A model generated the notes under the pieces. That model saw nothing but the letters and a program-made list of their open reading frames with translations. It was not told the origin of the DNA and ran no database searches. A stretch of DNA of 64,000 nucleotides from the human T2T-CHM13v2.0 reference genome, Homo sapiens. A program made the position numbers and the translations under genes. The DNA is taken from NCBI RefSeq assembly GCF_009914755.1, contig NC_060942.1; one strand, 5' to 3'. Within the stretch, counting starts at the first letter, position 1, and each line of letters opens with the position of its first letter. This document shows, piece by piece, positions 12,877 to 28,882 of the stretch.

Positions 12877-14754
12877 AAAATATATATATGTAATATATAT
12901 TTTTATTTAAAAAAATAATATATATTTTTATTTAAAAAAATAATATATATTTTTATTTAAAAAAATAATATATATTTTTATTTAAAAAAATAATATATAT
13001 TTTTATTTAAAAAAATAATATATATTTTTATTTAAAAAAATAATATATATTTTTATTTAAAAAAATAATATATATTTTTATTTAAAAAAATAATATATAT
13101 TTTTATTTAAAAAATAATATATATTTTTATTTAAAAAAATAATATATATTTTTATTTAAAAAAATAATATATATTTTTATTTAAAAAAATAATATATATT
13201 TTTATTTAAAAAAAATATATATTTTTATTTAAAAAAATAATATATATTTTTATTTAAAAAAATAATATATATTTTTATTTAAAAAAATAATATATATTTT
13301 TATTTAAAAAAATAATATATATTTTTATTTAAAAAAATAATATATATTTTTATTTAAAAAAATAATATATATTTTTATTTAAAAAAATATATATTTTTAA
13401 AAAAAATATATATTTTTATTTAAAAAAATATATATTTTTATTTAAAAAAATATATATTTTTATTTAAAAAAATATATATTTTTATTTAAAAAAATATATA
13501 TTTTTATTTAAAAAAATATATATTTTTATTTAAAAAAATATATATTTTTATTTAAAAAAATATATATTTTTATTTAAAAAAATATATATTTTTATTTAAA
13601 AAATATATATTTTTATTTAAAAAAATAATATATATTTTTATTTAAAAAAATAATATATATTTTTATTTAAAAAATAATATATTTTTTTATTTAAAATATA
13701 TATATTTTTATTTAAAAAATATAATATATATTTTTATTTAAAAAAATATAATATATATTTTTATTTAAAAAAATATAATATATATTTTTATTTAAAAAAA
13801 TATAATATATATTTTTATTTAAAAAAATATAATATATATTTTTATTTAAAAAAATATAATATATATTTTTATTTAAAAAAATATAATATATATTTTTATT
13901 TAAAAAAATATAATATATATTTTTATTTAAAAAAATATAATATATATTTTTATTTAAAAAAATATAATATATATTTTTATTTAAAAAAATATAATATATA
14001 TTTTTATTTAAAAAAATATAATATATATTTTTATTTAAAAAAATATATATATTTTTATTTAAAAAATATAATATATATTTTATTTAAAAAAATATAATAT
14101 ATATTTTTATTTAAAAATATGTATTTTTATTTAAAAAATATAATATGTATTTTTATTTAAAAAATATAATATGTATTTTTATTTAAAAACTATAATATGT
14201 ATTTTTATTTAAAAACTATATGTATTTTTATTTAAAAAAATATATATTTTTATTTAAAAACTATAATATGTATTTTTATTTAAAAACTATAATATGTATT
14301 TTTATTTAAAAAAATAATATGTATTTTTATTTAAAAAATATATAATATTTTTTTTTAAAAAATATATAATATTTTTTATTTAAAAAATATATAATATATT
14401 TTTTATTTAAAAAATATATAATATATTTTTTATTTAAAAAATATATTATATATTTTTTATTTAAAAAATATATTATATATTTTTTATTTAAAAAATATAT
14501 TATATATTTTTTATTTAAAAAATATATATATTTAAAAATATATACCTTTATTTAAAAATATATATTTCTTTATTTAAAAATATATATTTCTTTATTTAAA
14601 AATATATATTTTTGTTTAAAAATATATATTTTTGTATTTAAAAATATATATTTTATTTAAAAATATATATTTTTATTTAAAAAATATATTTTTTATTTAA
14701 AAAATATTTTTGTTTATTTAAAAATTTTTTTTGTTTATTTAAAAAATATATATA

Positions 14755-14757
<3 letters not shown>
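12877..14757. repeat. ~1.9 kb A/T-rich minisatellite (25-, 22- and 27-bp unit domains)
   Basis: Core unit ttttatttaaaaaaataatatatat; almost no G/C; abuts the Alu 3' end. Confidence 0.97.
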
Positions 14758-15038
<281 letters not shown>

Positions 15039-16290
15039 CAAGTGCCAATTTATTTGCAGAAAATATAAATGTTCTCAGTGCTTTCTTCGTGTTTTTAAGC
15101 TTAGGAGACACTAGAAGTTGGAGAAATTAAAATCTAATTATTTTTCTTTAAAACTTTTTTTTCTTATTTGGGTTGCTGTTAAATAATAAAATACTCAAAC
15201 ATAAGATTGATTCAGAAAATAGCTTCTTAAGCTCAAAAATATTGCTAGAATTGTTCTCAATAATAGAACAAGTAGTTTTTGCAATGAGATTAAATAGGAG
15301 AAAGCAACCATCTTTAATTCTATTTAGTCAGAAGAGCCTTATGCTTCCAATAGCTGACATTCAACTTGGACCGTATCTGTGGCCAGGTTGATAATTCTTT
15401 TGGGAAACATGCCACTGCACTTGAGTTTTCAGATGATTGTGTCAATATTGACGTGTCGAAGAAATGAACTGCATGCCTCTCTGATAAAAGGTATCTGGTG
15501 AAGGGATTAGCAAAGGACAAGTCAGTTAGAGCAATAAACATTCCTTTCATTAGTAACGTTTGAGCAGTTCCTAAGGACATTTTGCTGCCCTTAAAATTAT
15601 TCCAGAAAATGCTTACTGCTATTTGAGATGTGCAGCGGGGCAGACCTCTGGATACTTCTAAGGCTTGGTATGCTTTGTACTGGGTGATGCTGCCATACAG
15701 CTTGGACTCCAGCACCCAGGAGGCTCAGGCCAGGGATGGATTGGCTCCTGTGGAGTGAGTCAAGCCCAGTCAAGGAAACTTGGGTCAAGAAGATAAAAAT
15801 TCCATCAACTAACACTTAAGAGACATTGCACTTCTTTTCCTTTGGTGACTGCCAATGTGATAACTTACAGAAGGGGAAAGGATCTGTGTGCAAGTGGAGA
15901 AAGAGAGGGAGTGCCAGAGACACAGTCAGAGAGGGAGACCAGGCTGGGTCCTTAGGAGGGAAGGAGGCCCAGGAGGAGGCAAAGGGGGAGGGAGGTCCTG
16001 GGAGGAGGAGGAGAGGGTTGGTTTCAGAGGAAATAAGAACAAAGACTCATCTTTCAGCACTCTTCTTGCTCCCACCCTCTGTCTCTCCCCCCTCTTTCTT
16101 CCTTCTTTCTTGTGTACCATAGGCCCCAAAACACACAGGGATAGCTGCCCTTCAGTGTCCGACTATCTTTTTCTGTGACACACACACACACACGCAGGCA
16201 AACTGCCATGGGATGTTTACAACTTTTTAAATAATAGTAAAATAGAAATATAAAAATTGGTATGACAATCTTAGGCAAAAAGTTAGACAT

Positions 16291-16602
<312 letters not shown>

Positions 16603-17509
16603 CTAAGAGGAGCACAAGCAATGATGTTCGTGGCTGCCTCCAGAACCATGGGTCCGAAATGACCTGGGCCTGGACTGGCGAGGGCTGAGGCTGTGGCCTG
16701 GGCTGGCTTCTGCAAAGCGCAGGGGTGGGAGCCAGGGGTTGGTACAGGAGGGGCAGTGCTGCCCACCCGCCCTTGTGGAAGGCTTTTCTAGCCCATTGCT
16801 CCTCCCTGACACTGCTTCCAGGGGTGTGATGGTGGAAGGCTTGGCTGATGGCTTCCTAATGATTCTAGGTTCATCAGACATTTGTGAGAGATTGATCACC
16901 CACACATTGACTTAAACCAAGGATCCTAAGTAGGTTTTCTTTCAAGGACCAAGCCTATTGATTGATACTAGATTTCTGAAATGCTGTGTTTAGGGTGATC
17001 TGAGGCTGTGTGTGGGCGTGGTGGGTTCAATTTGTACTGCTTGCCATGAGGGTCATGGCAGAGAGAGGTGGTTTTTCCTTCTCTAATCTAAATCCTTCTA
17101 AATTACATTAACCTTAGATTCTCCTCCCTCTTCTTAATGCATAGGGACATTTCGCCTACTCAGACTGAGTCTGAGATTAGATCTGACCTCAATTCTAAAG
17201 CATAAAATTGGAGCAAGTCCTTGAAGTAGCTTGACCACAATCCGGCTTTCTCACCTCCTTGTATGCCCTTTTCCCCTCTCTGCCCTCTCACCCACCCCCA
17301 ATGCATACAAATCTCATGTGATCCTGACATTACTGAATAAATAAATACATGTTACTCTCCTGCAGAGAGCTGCCCATACCCCAGGGTGAATGACTTCAGT
17401 CCATGTTATCCCAGAGGGAGGGAGACTCTCAGGCTATCCCGCAGAGACATGACTTGCTGAAAATGGGTGAATTTGCATTCAAGTCCTCAGTGAGCCCTTG
17501 TCTGGGTTT

Positions 17510-18288
17510 CGCTATGAAACCAAATGGGATTCCACTCATCTGGCTCAATAAGACAGGTATCTATACTGAGGTTTGCAGCAGGAGAAGGGGAGATATTTCT
17601 CTGCAGGAGACAAGCAAGGAGGACTAGGCAGCTGTTGCTCAAATGCTGACCTCCTCCATGGCTTGAAGGTCAGGGCTTTTAAAGGCAGGGGTATATTTTA
17701 GGAAAGCAGAAGTTACAGGCAAAATCATAAATCAATAATACATGGAGGTTACACGTTGGTTTTGGGCTTTTAAATGGGGGGAATATCTTGAGGCAGAGGG
17801 CTTATAGATCATTGGTAGATTTAAAGATTTTCTGATTTGCAATTGGTTAAAGAAGGGAAACTTTGTTTAAAAACTTGGGGTCAGCAGAAAAGAATGTTAG
17901 CTGCACCTCATGGGTGGGTCTTTCTCCAGGCCCCTCAGGAAGAAATTTAGAATAAGAATGGTGGTGAGAGGTCAGCCTCCTTATCTGAGGTCTGTGTGCT
18001 GGCAGGTCCATTTGGTGGGAGTCAGAGTTTCTGAAAAACAACTCAGAGACATACGTTAAGTAAGATGTTATCTTTAGTTTTTAGAGGGGAACCAAACGTT
18101 TTGTGATTTTAGCTTTTTTTTTTTTGGCTATTGTTTTAGGCTACTATTACCTTGTTTACCAAGTTGCTTATTAACTTCTCAAGGCTAGGTAGGTACCTGG
18201 AATTCCCCTTTAAGGGACCCTAGATTTTAAAAAACTTATGTTTGGGGGGACCTGCAGGCCCCTAAGAGGGGATCCCTGCCCCATCTCA
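17510..18288 (-). mobile_element. Solo ERV1 LTR, MER4 group (MER39-like)
   Basis: Minus strand starts TGAGATGGGGCAGGGATCCCCTCTTAGGGGCCTGC; carries the MER4-group motif ggtagatttaaagattttctgatttgcaattggtt; 4-bp TSD gttt at 17506-17509 and 18289-18292. Confidence 0.75.
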
Positions 18289-21200
18289 GTTTGGACACCA
18301 GCTGTGGGCTGGTTTCTTCAGGCCCTGACTGCTCCTGCTGACCAGCGAGTCTCCAGCTCTTTACAGCAGGTGGACAGGATGGTGCACTCCTTGCGAGAGA
18401 CCCTGGGAAGGTAAGAGCCGAGCACACCACCCTTCACCTTCGTCTTAGGAGCCTCACATGCCCTCCTTGGTTTTCATTTGTTCTCTTCCAGTCACCTCCT
18501 AGTAATTCTGACAGACTGTCAGCCCCTCCATGGCATAATTTTTCTTCTGGAGAAGTTAGAAAGCCATTGTGTGAAGAACATCTTCAACATTTTAAAGCTA
18601 GAAGTGTCCTCTCCTTCCAACCCTGTATTCCTGAGGGAGAGCGAACCATCCAGGCATGCCACATAGCCATTAATACCACCTTGTGGTTACCCTAGAAGCT
18701 CTCCAGCTTGGGGTCCCCTTCTTCCCTTCCAGGGCAGAGGCAAGAGATTGGTCTAGCCTGCGCCAGCGTCACTCCAGGAGGGTGCTGTGAGGGAGCGAAG
18801 GGGGTCAAGGGCAAATCCCTTGACTGCCTGGACTCAAATCCCAGCTCAGGTGAGAGCTGGGTGAAAGGTCACATGAGCTTTCTAACCTCATTTGCTTGTT
18901 TATAAAACCAAGAAAACACCCTTCCCTACCCTAGGACCGTTGAAGAGCAAGTGTGAAGTGCTTGGCACACACACGGCATCCTAGCAGTGCTTAGGGCTGG
19001 CCTTTGCACTGTGGGGTGGGCGTTGCCCTGCCACAGAGATGGGCTCTGTTTATTTAACATTCAACCCTCGACATGAATGCTCCTGTGCTTTGGGCAGAGG
19101 TGGCTCCAGGCGTTCTGCGGGTAAGTGCTGCCTGTGGCACGGGTGCCTGCACTGCAGACCTCGAGAAGTGGGTCCAAATGTTAAGAAACGAAATGCCAAG
19201 AAAGCCCAAATGATTTGCACAGTCTGAAGGCAGACGGTAGGTCTGTCCGCACAGCAGGATAGTTGGGTGGCCCCTGGGGTTCCCATGTACTTCCCACTTC
19301 CACTCTATTGTGGCCTGAAGTCAGGTGCTCCCATGCGAAGCTTCTGGGAGCCGAGAGGGGAAGAAAGGCAGTGAGAACAAGCAAGGGTCGAATGCTGACC
19401 TGGTGGCAGCCAGGTGCATCCCCACAGGGACCCAGGCTGCTGGCTGGTCTCTGATGTGCCTTCCACCTTAATGACTCTGCAGTGCCGAAGCCATAGGGAT
19501 AAGTGGCTACCTCTCCCCTCGCCTGGGTAATGCTGCCTGGAGGACAAGGCTGTTACGGAAAAATGTGGCACTAAGAATAGCCAGCTAGACGTGGTGATAA
19601 GGGCCCAGATGGCCAGGGATGTCAGCTGGGGACAGGGAAGGCGGAGGTGGTGGAGAAAGAAGAGGGTGATAAGATAGGGGCAGCAACACCGGAATGCACA
19701 GCTGGGGCTCTGGAGACAGGCCACAGGAGTCTGCCGTGGGCGAGGGAGCTGCCCGGAGCTCCTTCTGGCTGTGCCCTGTGGGTGTGAGCCAGTGGAAGGG
19801 AAGGTGAGTGCCAGCCTGAGCAAATCAATCAGGGAATTTCAGGGGCAGTGGGATTTTAGTGATCCTGGCTTTTACCTCCATCCACCCCTAGTACTTTAGA
19901 GGGGGAGGAATTTGTGGCTTTGAGATGTGAAGGGGCCACTTGGAGGTTGGTGGCAGAGCTCAGTCCAACCCCAGATCTTCTGCCTTTCCCACAGGTTTCC
20001 TTCTGCCACCACCCCAGGCCCTGCTGTGGCTGCCACCTTGTGAGCCTCTGCTCCACACCTGGGAGTGCAAGCCACCTCCAGCTGAGAGCTAGCAAGGGTG
20101 CAGGCAATGGTAATCCCACCGACAGACACTGAGAACCTTTGAGGCGGCAGGTCTGGAAAATACAACAGACAAGGCTGAGCCTTCCTGGGGCTCAGGGAAG
20201 GAGAGGAGTCGGACAGTTAACAAGTAAACAAGCAAACACTTGTGTCAGTTTCAAATTATGACAAGAGCTAGGAAGGAAACTGAGTAATACAAGTCTTGAT
20301 TAGGAAGTTTCCCTTGCCATACTTGGGGGTCTTTCCCCTTAGAACTGTGACCACTGTGATGCCTGTTGAGAACAGGGGTGTAATTTTCTGTTTTACATAT
20401 ACCCTCTTCATCCTAAACCCCAGCCCCCATCCTATCACCAGGTATAGAGCTATACACAATAAGCAAATATTGACCCTCTCAGGGCCAGATGATTACTGTT
20501 TACTCCTTCTTTATGAAACTTAAGGAGACATATCCCCTATGGTGGATTTGGGTACAAATTAAGGGGCACGTGTAAACCACACTCAGAGATCCTAGGCCAA
20601 GTTTGTAGCTTTTATCGCCGAGCTGCCCACTGCAGTGTAGACAGTTGTCCTGCCCGGTGCTCCAACTGGGAGGTGGGGTGGGGGCTGCAGAGCATTTGTT
20701 GCTCCCCTGATCCCATGTACAGCAGGCTGGCTGGGCTCTCTTCAAGGTATTCACCATATTATCCTTTGGTAGTGGGAGTTCCAAAGTGGCATGTTTAGGA
20801 CATGAAAACCCAACTGCTTCATAAGCTCTCAGAAATCAAACCCTTTGACATCAGCTATCACTCGACCAAGAGGCAGCTGATGCTGGCACAAAAATAACTT
20901 GGCAGGCATGTCAGGCTCGGCAGGGGGTTGTGAGGCCTCATCACCTTTGGTTGGATCTCAATGTGAAACCAGCTGGTGCTCTGACCAGGATTTAAGGGCG
21001 TTCAAAGTTGTTCCGGAGTTGTGGGCGCTAGCAAGCCCTAGGAAAGTTGTTGGAGGGTTAAGGGGGTGGCGGCGGGGTCTGCGGGGGAAGCTCCAGTCCT
21101 CTGTGGCTAAGCCAGGATAAGCATTATTATTTCCACAAATCAAGCCACGTTCATGCATAGTTCCCCTTGTGTCCTGATCTATGTAATTATGGAATGCATA

Positions 21201-23631
21201 TGTGTGGGAAGGAGTCTTTGGAAAACCGGTTCCTGTTCTTCATCAAGAGGCTGACCTAGAAGTTTAGGAAATTGGTTCATGGGGAAATTCTGTAGCAGAG
21301 AGCTGGCAGGAATTCCAGATGGTAGGAGAGCGGGGTGCCCGAGGCAGGCAGGGGCCATGCCTGGGCTGCCTTGTCCTCTGGAGCAGGTCCTAGGAACGTG
21401 GCAGTTAGCATACCCTTGTGAAGTCTGGAGGCCTCCGGGGGGTTTCTCTTCTGTACTGAGCAGACCCCCATCCGGTTTTGCTCACCATTGTCTGCCCAAT
21501 GCTGAATAGATGCCTATCACACAGAAGATGCTCAATAAATATTAGTGACATGAATGAGTGTCCTATAGTCTCCCTGGCCTCAGTTTCCCCAGATGTAATG
21601 TGAAGGAACTGGATTAGCTCAGAGGCAAAGGATTTTACCGTTCACGTCTATGACGGTTGTCTTGTAGTGACAGGAGAGCTTTGTTGAGATGTTTCTGAAG
21701 CCAAGATTTGGCATGGAACTGGGGGAGGGAGTGGAATAGGATACACCAGAGTTCTCCCTAATAGGACTTTCTCACGTCCTTGTGCTCACTAAAACCTATA
21801 TGGTTGTATAATTATACAATATGTGTGTAATTGTATCGTTCTAATAGAGTTTTAGCTGGTATGGAGCTTGATAGTCTTTACAGATACTGGATCCAATCAT
21901 TGGCTTTGTTTGTTCCCTGGTGAGCAAAATGATAGTAGCCACTCTGCCTCTGGGGGGCAAAAAGCAGACAAATTTAGTTCAGGCTCAGCTCAGATTCCCG
22001 CTCCGCGCTGGGATATTGAAGTCCTCACTGGCAATAAGGGATAAAAAGGTTGAGGCAATGGAATTGGAAATGAAATAACAGACAGGGAGCCTGGCAGGTG
22101 GCAGCAATGGTGAGTTAATGGTAAGTAACCCGCAGCTTCGCCCCTGGACTGATGGTGCCTTCCGTGGGGTCTTTGCTCCCAGCTGAACTGGGACATGATG
22201 GCACCTGTGTGGGTGGCCTGCTTTACTCCTCTAGAGCAGAGACCTCAGGGCTTTCATTCCTGGCTTTGAACGCCCACAATTACTCCCACATGGCTCAGGG
22301 ATCGCAGTGTCCCAGAGTTAATGATGCAAATGCAGCTGTGCCCTAAAACAAAAGGCAGCGGGTATGCGCTTTGGAGAGGGCGTGCATTTGGGAAGATGAG
22401 GATGCTCCTCCTGGTACTCTGCCCAGCCCACAAAGCAGAGGAGCATGAGCCCGTGCCATGTGAATGCTGATAGGAGTGTCCTGAGCTGGTGAACACCATG
22501 CTGCCACCTCTCTGAGGTGCAGTCTCTCCCTGAGGCCCCACACCCCAGCTCTGGGTCCTGCCTGACCCGAGCCAGCTTGCATCCTGCTTTACTGTCTGCT
22601 TTCTCAAGGTTTCCTGAGGCTACACCTCCTCCCAGAAGGCTTCAAAATTGTTATGCGTGGATATCACCCCTTTGTTTTCCTTGGTCACCCTGTGTCCACA
22701 GCAAGTGGTTGTCGATCGACTGCCCTGCCCTGGTGGCCCCTGGACTTCTCCTGAGTACTGGGCTCACTTAGAACAAAGAGAAGTCCAGGCAATTAGGATC
22801 AGAACAATGGTCTATTCAGCACTTCTCCAAGCAAAGACTCCTTTTGTCCAGAGTGCTGACTTCGGAAAGTTCTTCTTGAGGTTTTGGTGTAGGAAATTAG
22901 AATCACCAGGGCAAAGACAGTAAAAGAGAACTTCCCTGTGGGAAAATGACCCTGTTTAAAGGTAGTTGGTTTTCTGCTACTCACACAAATGCTTGTCTGT
23001 CTATCCACAGAATAAGTGATACTTTCTTTGCAGCACGCGGAAAGGTTTTTTGTTTCAGGGAAGCAGCTTCCAGGGCACAATTTTGTTTCTATCCCGGGGA
23101 CGTTTCACATAAACGAGATGATATGAGTAATGATTTTCATAGTGTTTGTGGGCAATGACAAAATACCTGTGAAAGAATCCAATCCAGATGGAGAACCAAT
23201 TGTTATTTCCAACCATTTTAGTTCCCAGGGTTAAAGTCAGCAAATACTGGCTGAGAGGATAAAATCCTCAAACTCAGATAATGATGTTGCTTGAAAAAAT
23301 GGAAGTCTCTAACCAAAACTGAAAAGAATATTAATTGCAAATTCCACTTCTCCATAGTGCATACTTTGCTGTAATCTTAAATATATAAGTTACTTGGCCT
23401 ACATGATTTCTATTAAGATGCAGCTTTTATAAACTTTCGAGTATGAATTAGCATCTGGTGGTGTTTTCGATGAATACTTCTGAAGGCTTTGTGTGAGGAA
23501 GCCTGTTAGGGTAATGGCAACCTCTCTCTCACAATAGTCCCTTGTAGAATACTCCTGTGTCATCCCTGTTTTATGGATGAGAAAAAACCAATTTGTCTAA
23601 GATCAAATATTTAACATGTGAAGGAGCTAGA

Positions 23632-24117
23632 ATTTTTAAACAGCTTATTGAGATATAATTTACATACCATAAAATTCTCCCTTTTAAAGTGTGCAATTCA
23701 GTGGTTTTTAGTAGATTCACCAAATTTTGCAGCCATTGCCAGTATCTAATTCCAGAACATTTTCATCACCCCAAATAAAAACCTTATACCCACTAGCAGT
23801 CACTCCTCATCCCCATCTTTTCCTCCCCAGCCCTAGGTAGCCACTGATCTACTTCTGTCTCTGTGCTTTTGCCTGTGCTGGACAATTCATATATACAGAA
23901 TCATATAATATGTGGTCTTTTGGGACCGGCTTCTTCCACTTAACATAGTGTTTTTTCAGCTTCATCCATGTTGTAACATGTATCAATACTTCTTTTTTTC
24001 TACTGCTGTGTAATTTTCCAGTGCATGTATATGCCACATTGCATCTATCCATTCATCAGTTGATGGACATTTGGGTTGTTTCCACTTTTTGGCTATTATA
24101 ACACTGCTGTGAACATT
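23632..24117 (-). mobile_element. L1MB-type 3' fragment
   Basis: cagcttattgagatataatttacataccataaaatt...gatggacatttgggttgtttccac. Confidence 0.82.
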
Positions 24118-24321
24118 GAAGGGGCATAAAGAGCTGGAATTTGAACCACTGTGCTGTCTGCATGTGATTGTTGTGAGCACTTTGCATCCACTCCAAAGAG
24201 GTAGAATTTTACAACAGGTAAGATTCTACAACAGCTCCTTTGACATGACCAAAGCCCATCCTTAGCCTCCTTCATTTGAAGGCAAAACACAAGCCCAGTG
24301 AAATGAAATGAGATGTTTTAA

Positions 24322-24772
<451 letters not shown>

Positions 24773-26222
24773 TGAGTCACACAGCTAGGGCTAGAGCCCT
24801 GATTCCCAATTTCAAGTTGAGGGGAATTTTTATTCCTCAGTATCACTTCTGAACATGTTCAGAATGCATTTTTCTATAAAATATTAATAACTTCCAATAA
24901 CTTCCTCACTGCATCAAAACATGAGATATGGAGACACCAGCTTTTCCACACTGACTCAGTGTAAGAAAAGAAACTGAAAGGAAGATATTTTCACATCATC
25001 TTTCATCATTCTCAGAGTATGTTACTAAGCCTTCAGGTCCCCTGTGCCAGTTGTGCTTAATCTGCAACATTTCCATAGGAATATATCATTGGCTTTGAGA
25101 ATGCCTTGGCAAAGGAGGCTTTTCACTCCTGAACACACTTTTTGGGAAGCATCCTTGGGTATTAGTAATATACTTGGAACCTGTTTGGGGAAACATATCT
25201 GATCCCAGCATTGCTGATCCCACATCCCACCCTTCCTGTAGGATATGCTCATATGGCAGTGACATCCAGGTTCTCTAAGTAGTTGATTCTTTTACTCCTG
25301 ACTTTCTTCTTCCATTGACCTTGAACAGTTTAAGTTGGAATTTAGAAAACAACATTCCTTCTACTACTTATGCATCATAGAACAGTAAGAAGACCTGGAA
25401 GGGACTCAGATCCTTAAAGTATCTTGATTTGGGGTTGATGTTACAAACCAGGGACAAGTAGACTCCAAAAGATTTTCCTGTCCTTTTATTTTACTGACTC
25501 CTCCACCACGTGCACAGGAACATGGCTCTCTTCTTTTTGTCCCATAAGTTGGTTCAGTGCCTGCAGGAGGGATATGCGCATGATGGTGGCAGTATGGAAT
25601 GGAAGGGAGAGAATAAGGATTTGGACATCAATGCTACATCTATAGATTTTGGCAAATACTTTAAAGATGGTTCTTGTCCTATCTGGCTTCTGTTTGGGCC
25701 ATGCTCTAACAGTTGTGATGTTGAGTTTTTAGAGTTGGAGGCAAACTGCAAACTGAGGGCTAGAGCTGTTTCCCTGCAGCTGGAGGCTTAGAGCCTGGCA
25801 GTCCCTGGAATCAAAGGAGGGATCAGGAGGGCCGAAACTGGAAAGGTCCATATTTGAGGAGTGGTGGGATACAGAGTGAGGTAGGGTGGCGGCAAGCCTT
25901 GGAAACCCCACGGAAGAAACATGGGTGGCTAGGGTCTGGCTCAGTTGGTTCAACAACCACACCTCTTAGATCACCTTTGCGTTAGACTGATGCAGCCTGA
26001 GCTCCTGGGGCAGGAGCGGTTCACAGAGCCAAGAAGCCCCTTGGCCATGGCTGGGAGTAAATTCCTGAGGCCTGGGGCCCTCTGGCTGGAATGAGCCCTC
26101 TGGACTTTTGAAAGTTTGGCCGGTTTCCCTTTAAGCTGAAGTCAAAGCTGCCTGGGGTACAGGTGACTTTTCGCTAGTTTTGGGCTCAGCTAGTTTTCAG
26201 GGTCTTTTGAAGAGGTTGAAAA

Positions 26223-26224
26223 TA

Positions 26225-26279
<55 letters not shown>
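26223..26279. repeat. (CA)n microsatellite
   Basis: Long pure CA run. Confidence 0.95.
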
Positions 26280-26283
<4 letters not shown>

Positions 26284-26992
26284 CAAAATTTAATGCCTTC
26301 TACTTGGAGAACAGAAGAGCTTGGACTATTTCTTTCTTGGCTTGTTTTATCTGTAAAGTGTTCTGACTTGCAGGACGAGAGGAAGGTTGTGCATTTCCTG
26401 GCAGTGTTACTGCCTACCCCAGAAGCCCACAGGTGGTTCATCTCCCCAGTCAGCCCAGATGTGGCTTTTCCCCTTGTTTTGATGGACTTGGGTGCTCACC
26501 TGTCTTTGGAGCTCTTAGCAGCTTGGTGTCACTCTAATGGCTAACCTACATGCAGAGATGGTGTCCTGAAGGACCCTGTAGTTTGGCTGCTGGCATTTTT
26601 GGCCATCCTGTGATTCCTTTGGAGATCTCCACCAGGGTTATTGTTTGCTGTGACTGCCATTCCTCACTGGCTGCTGTCTTTTTAAATAGGTAGTTCAAGC
26701 AGTCTGAATCTCCTCGTGGAGGGGTTGGGTGCGGGGTGGGAGGTGGGGTGTGGTGGTCAATAAACACAAAAGAAATTGAGAATTCTAATGGGAAGGACTT
26801 GCCATCAAAATCAAGACCAATAAAGCAATTTCTGAGAAACATTCCCTAAAATAATTAGGTACAGAAACTGTTACTCATGCTGCTTAGTTTAAATGTATAT
26901 ATGATGTTAATTTATTCATTTAACAAATAGAGCAATGTATACCAAAATCTATAGAGGTGGGATTACAGGAGACTTTTACTTCATATATAGAA

Positions 26993-27043
<51 letters not shown>

Positions 27044-27056
27044 TACATACATATAT
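26993..27056. repeat. (CA)n microsatellite
   Basis: Long CA run. Confidence 0.95.
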
Positions 27057-28724
27057 AATTGTAATTCTTTTTTTTTGTAAATTGCAGCATTTTTTCACAG
27101 TGCGAATGAATTGCTTTTGTAATCAAGAACAGCTACACATATAAACTAATGCTCTAGAAAATGTTATCTAAAACCTATGAGCTGTAAAAAATGTTGACAA
27201 AATGTACAATTACTAGGTATTTTAGGAAAAATATGACCCAAAGATTGGTCAAGAAATGTATTTTTAAAAGCATTTCACTAATATAGTGATTATTATTATA
27301 TTGAATTTATGAAGCTTGTTCATTTGTTTACTCATTCATTCCATCAACCTATTACTCCTCTGCTGAGCCCTGTTTTTTGACAGGCACAGTGCTGAGTGCG
27401 TCCCAAGGATGCTGAAGTGCCCTGGTTGTGGTGCCTGGCCTCCCATGGCATATGGTTTTGCTGGCTGCGACAGCTCCTGTTCCGCTGGGTGCTGCTGTAA
27501 GGAGCGTCTCACAGGCTGTCAGAGGGCCTGAGAAGCAGGACCATCTTTCCCAGGGGCATGGAAGGTGATGCCAGCAGAAGGCAGGAAGGAATCTCTTTAT
27601 TCTACCAACTTACATCCCTTGGCTACAGGGTTCAGGACTGTGGGATGGGGCCTGTTAGGCTGCACCAGGCGAGCTCCTCATGCCCACAGAGGGCAGGCAG
27701 GGCAGCAGAGTGAAAGAGTGAGCTGGGAGGCGGGGAAGGCATCCCATCACCCTAAGACCTGTGGGTGCAAGTTCTCTGTCTTTTGGCCCCCCATAGTCAG
27801 GAAAGGGCCGTAGGATACTCAGTGCTCATTATGTTGAAGTCAGCTCTTAAGCCAGTATGAGTCACTGAATCCTCACGATCAAAGGCAGTAATTTCATGTC
27901 GATTAGCTACTTCAAAGCAAGTCATGGGAAAAATTAGGAATCTGGAAGCAAATTGAATTATACATCAAAGGAAAGCAATCTCTTGACCTTTCTTCCTCCC
28001 CACATCAACTGTTCTTAAGTGTAAAGATCCAAACTGGGTATAGTCAATTCAGTGTGGGGGCATGAAGGTCAGTTAAGCCAAGGGACTCTTTGAGCACTTT
28101 CTTTACCAAGGAATGTTCTTGGAGCTGCTGGAATATGGAAGAAGCATAGGATGAAGATCTTGTCAGAAAAGTACTAACCATGAATTGAGGAAGTAAGACC
28201 TGCACACAGTAAGACTGCCATACAGTGTCATAAATAAATGGGGTGATACAACTTGGTGTGCTGTGAGACCTGCAAGAGGAGGAAGACCATGTGGGCAGGA
28301 GTTATCTGGTGAGGGTGGATTTCATGGCAGGTCCTTGAAGGTGTGTCCAGTTTGGAGAGATAAGGAGGAGGACAGGGACATCCAGGAGAAGGTGAGGAAG
28401 GAGGTGACCTGTGGGGTGTGCACAAGGGTGGTCAGACCTGTCTCCTTAGTTGGGGCAGGAGGGAGATGAGGTTGGGATGGTGCAGTTCCTGAAGCTGGAT
28501 GGAAGCATTTAGACTGGGGCAGGAAACAGAGTCAATGATGGTTTATAAAGTGGGGATAATCTGATGAAACAAATATTAGGGATTAGCTTGGTATTGAATA
28601 TTAATCACTTTTCATTGAATCTTAGGCTTAAAGCTCAAGGGAAGATAACTGAGACCCAAGAAGTCAAGTGACTTTTCCTGTGACAGGGAAATAGCCAAAA
28701 TGTGTGTGTGTATATAAATCCACT

Positions 28725-28882
28725 CACCCACCCATCCATCCATCCATCCATCCATCCATCCATCCATCCATCCACCCACCCACCCACCCACCTACCTACC
28801 TACCTACCTACCTACCTACCTACCTACCTACCTACCTACCTACCTACCTACCTATCTACCTATCTATCTATATCTATTTATC
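28725..28882. repeat. Compound (CCAT)n(CCAC)n(CCTA)n(TCTA)n tetranucleotide repeat
   Basis: Stepwise single-base motif transitions along the array. Confidence 0.95.

Noticed and set aside
15320-15715. 131-aa minus-strand ORF, possible processed pseudogene
   Set aside because: No recognisable parent protein, poly-A or TSD.
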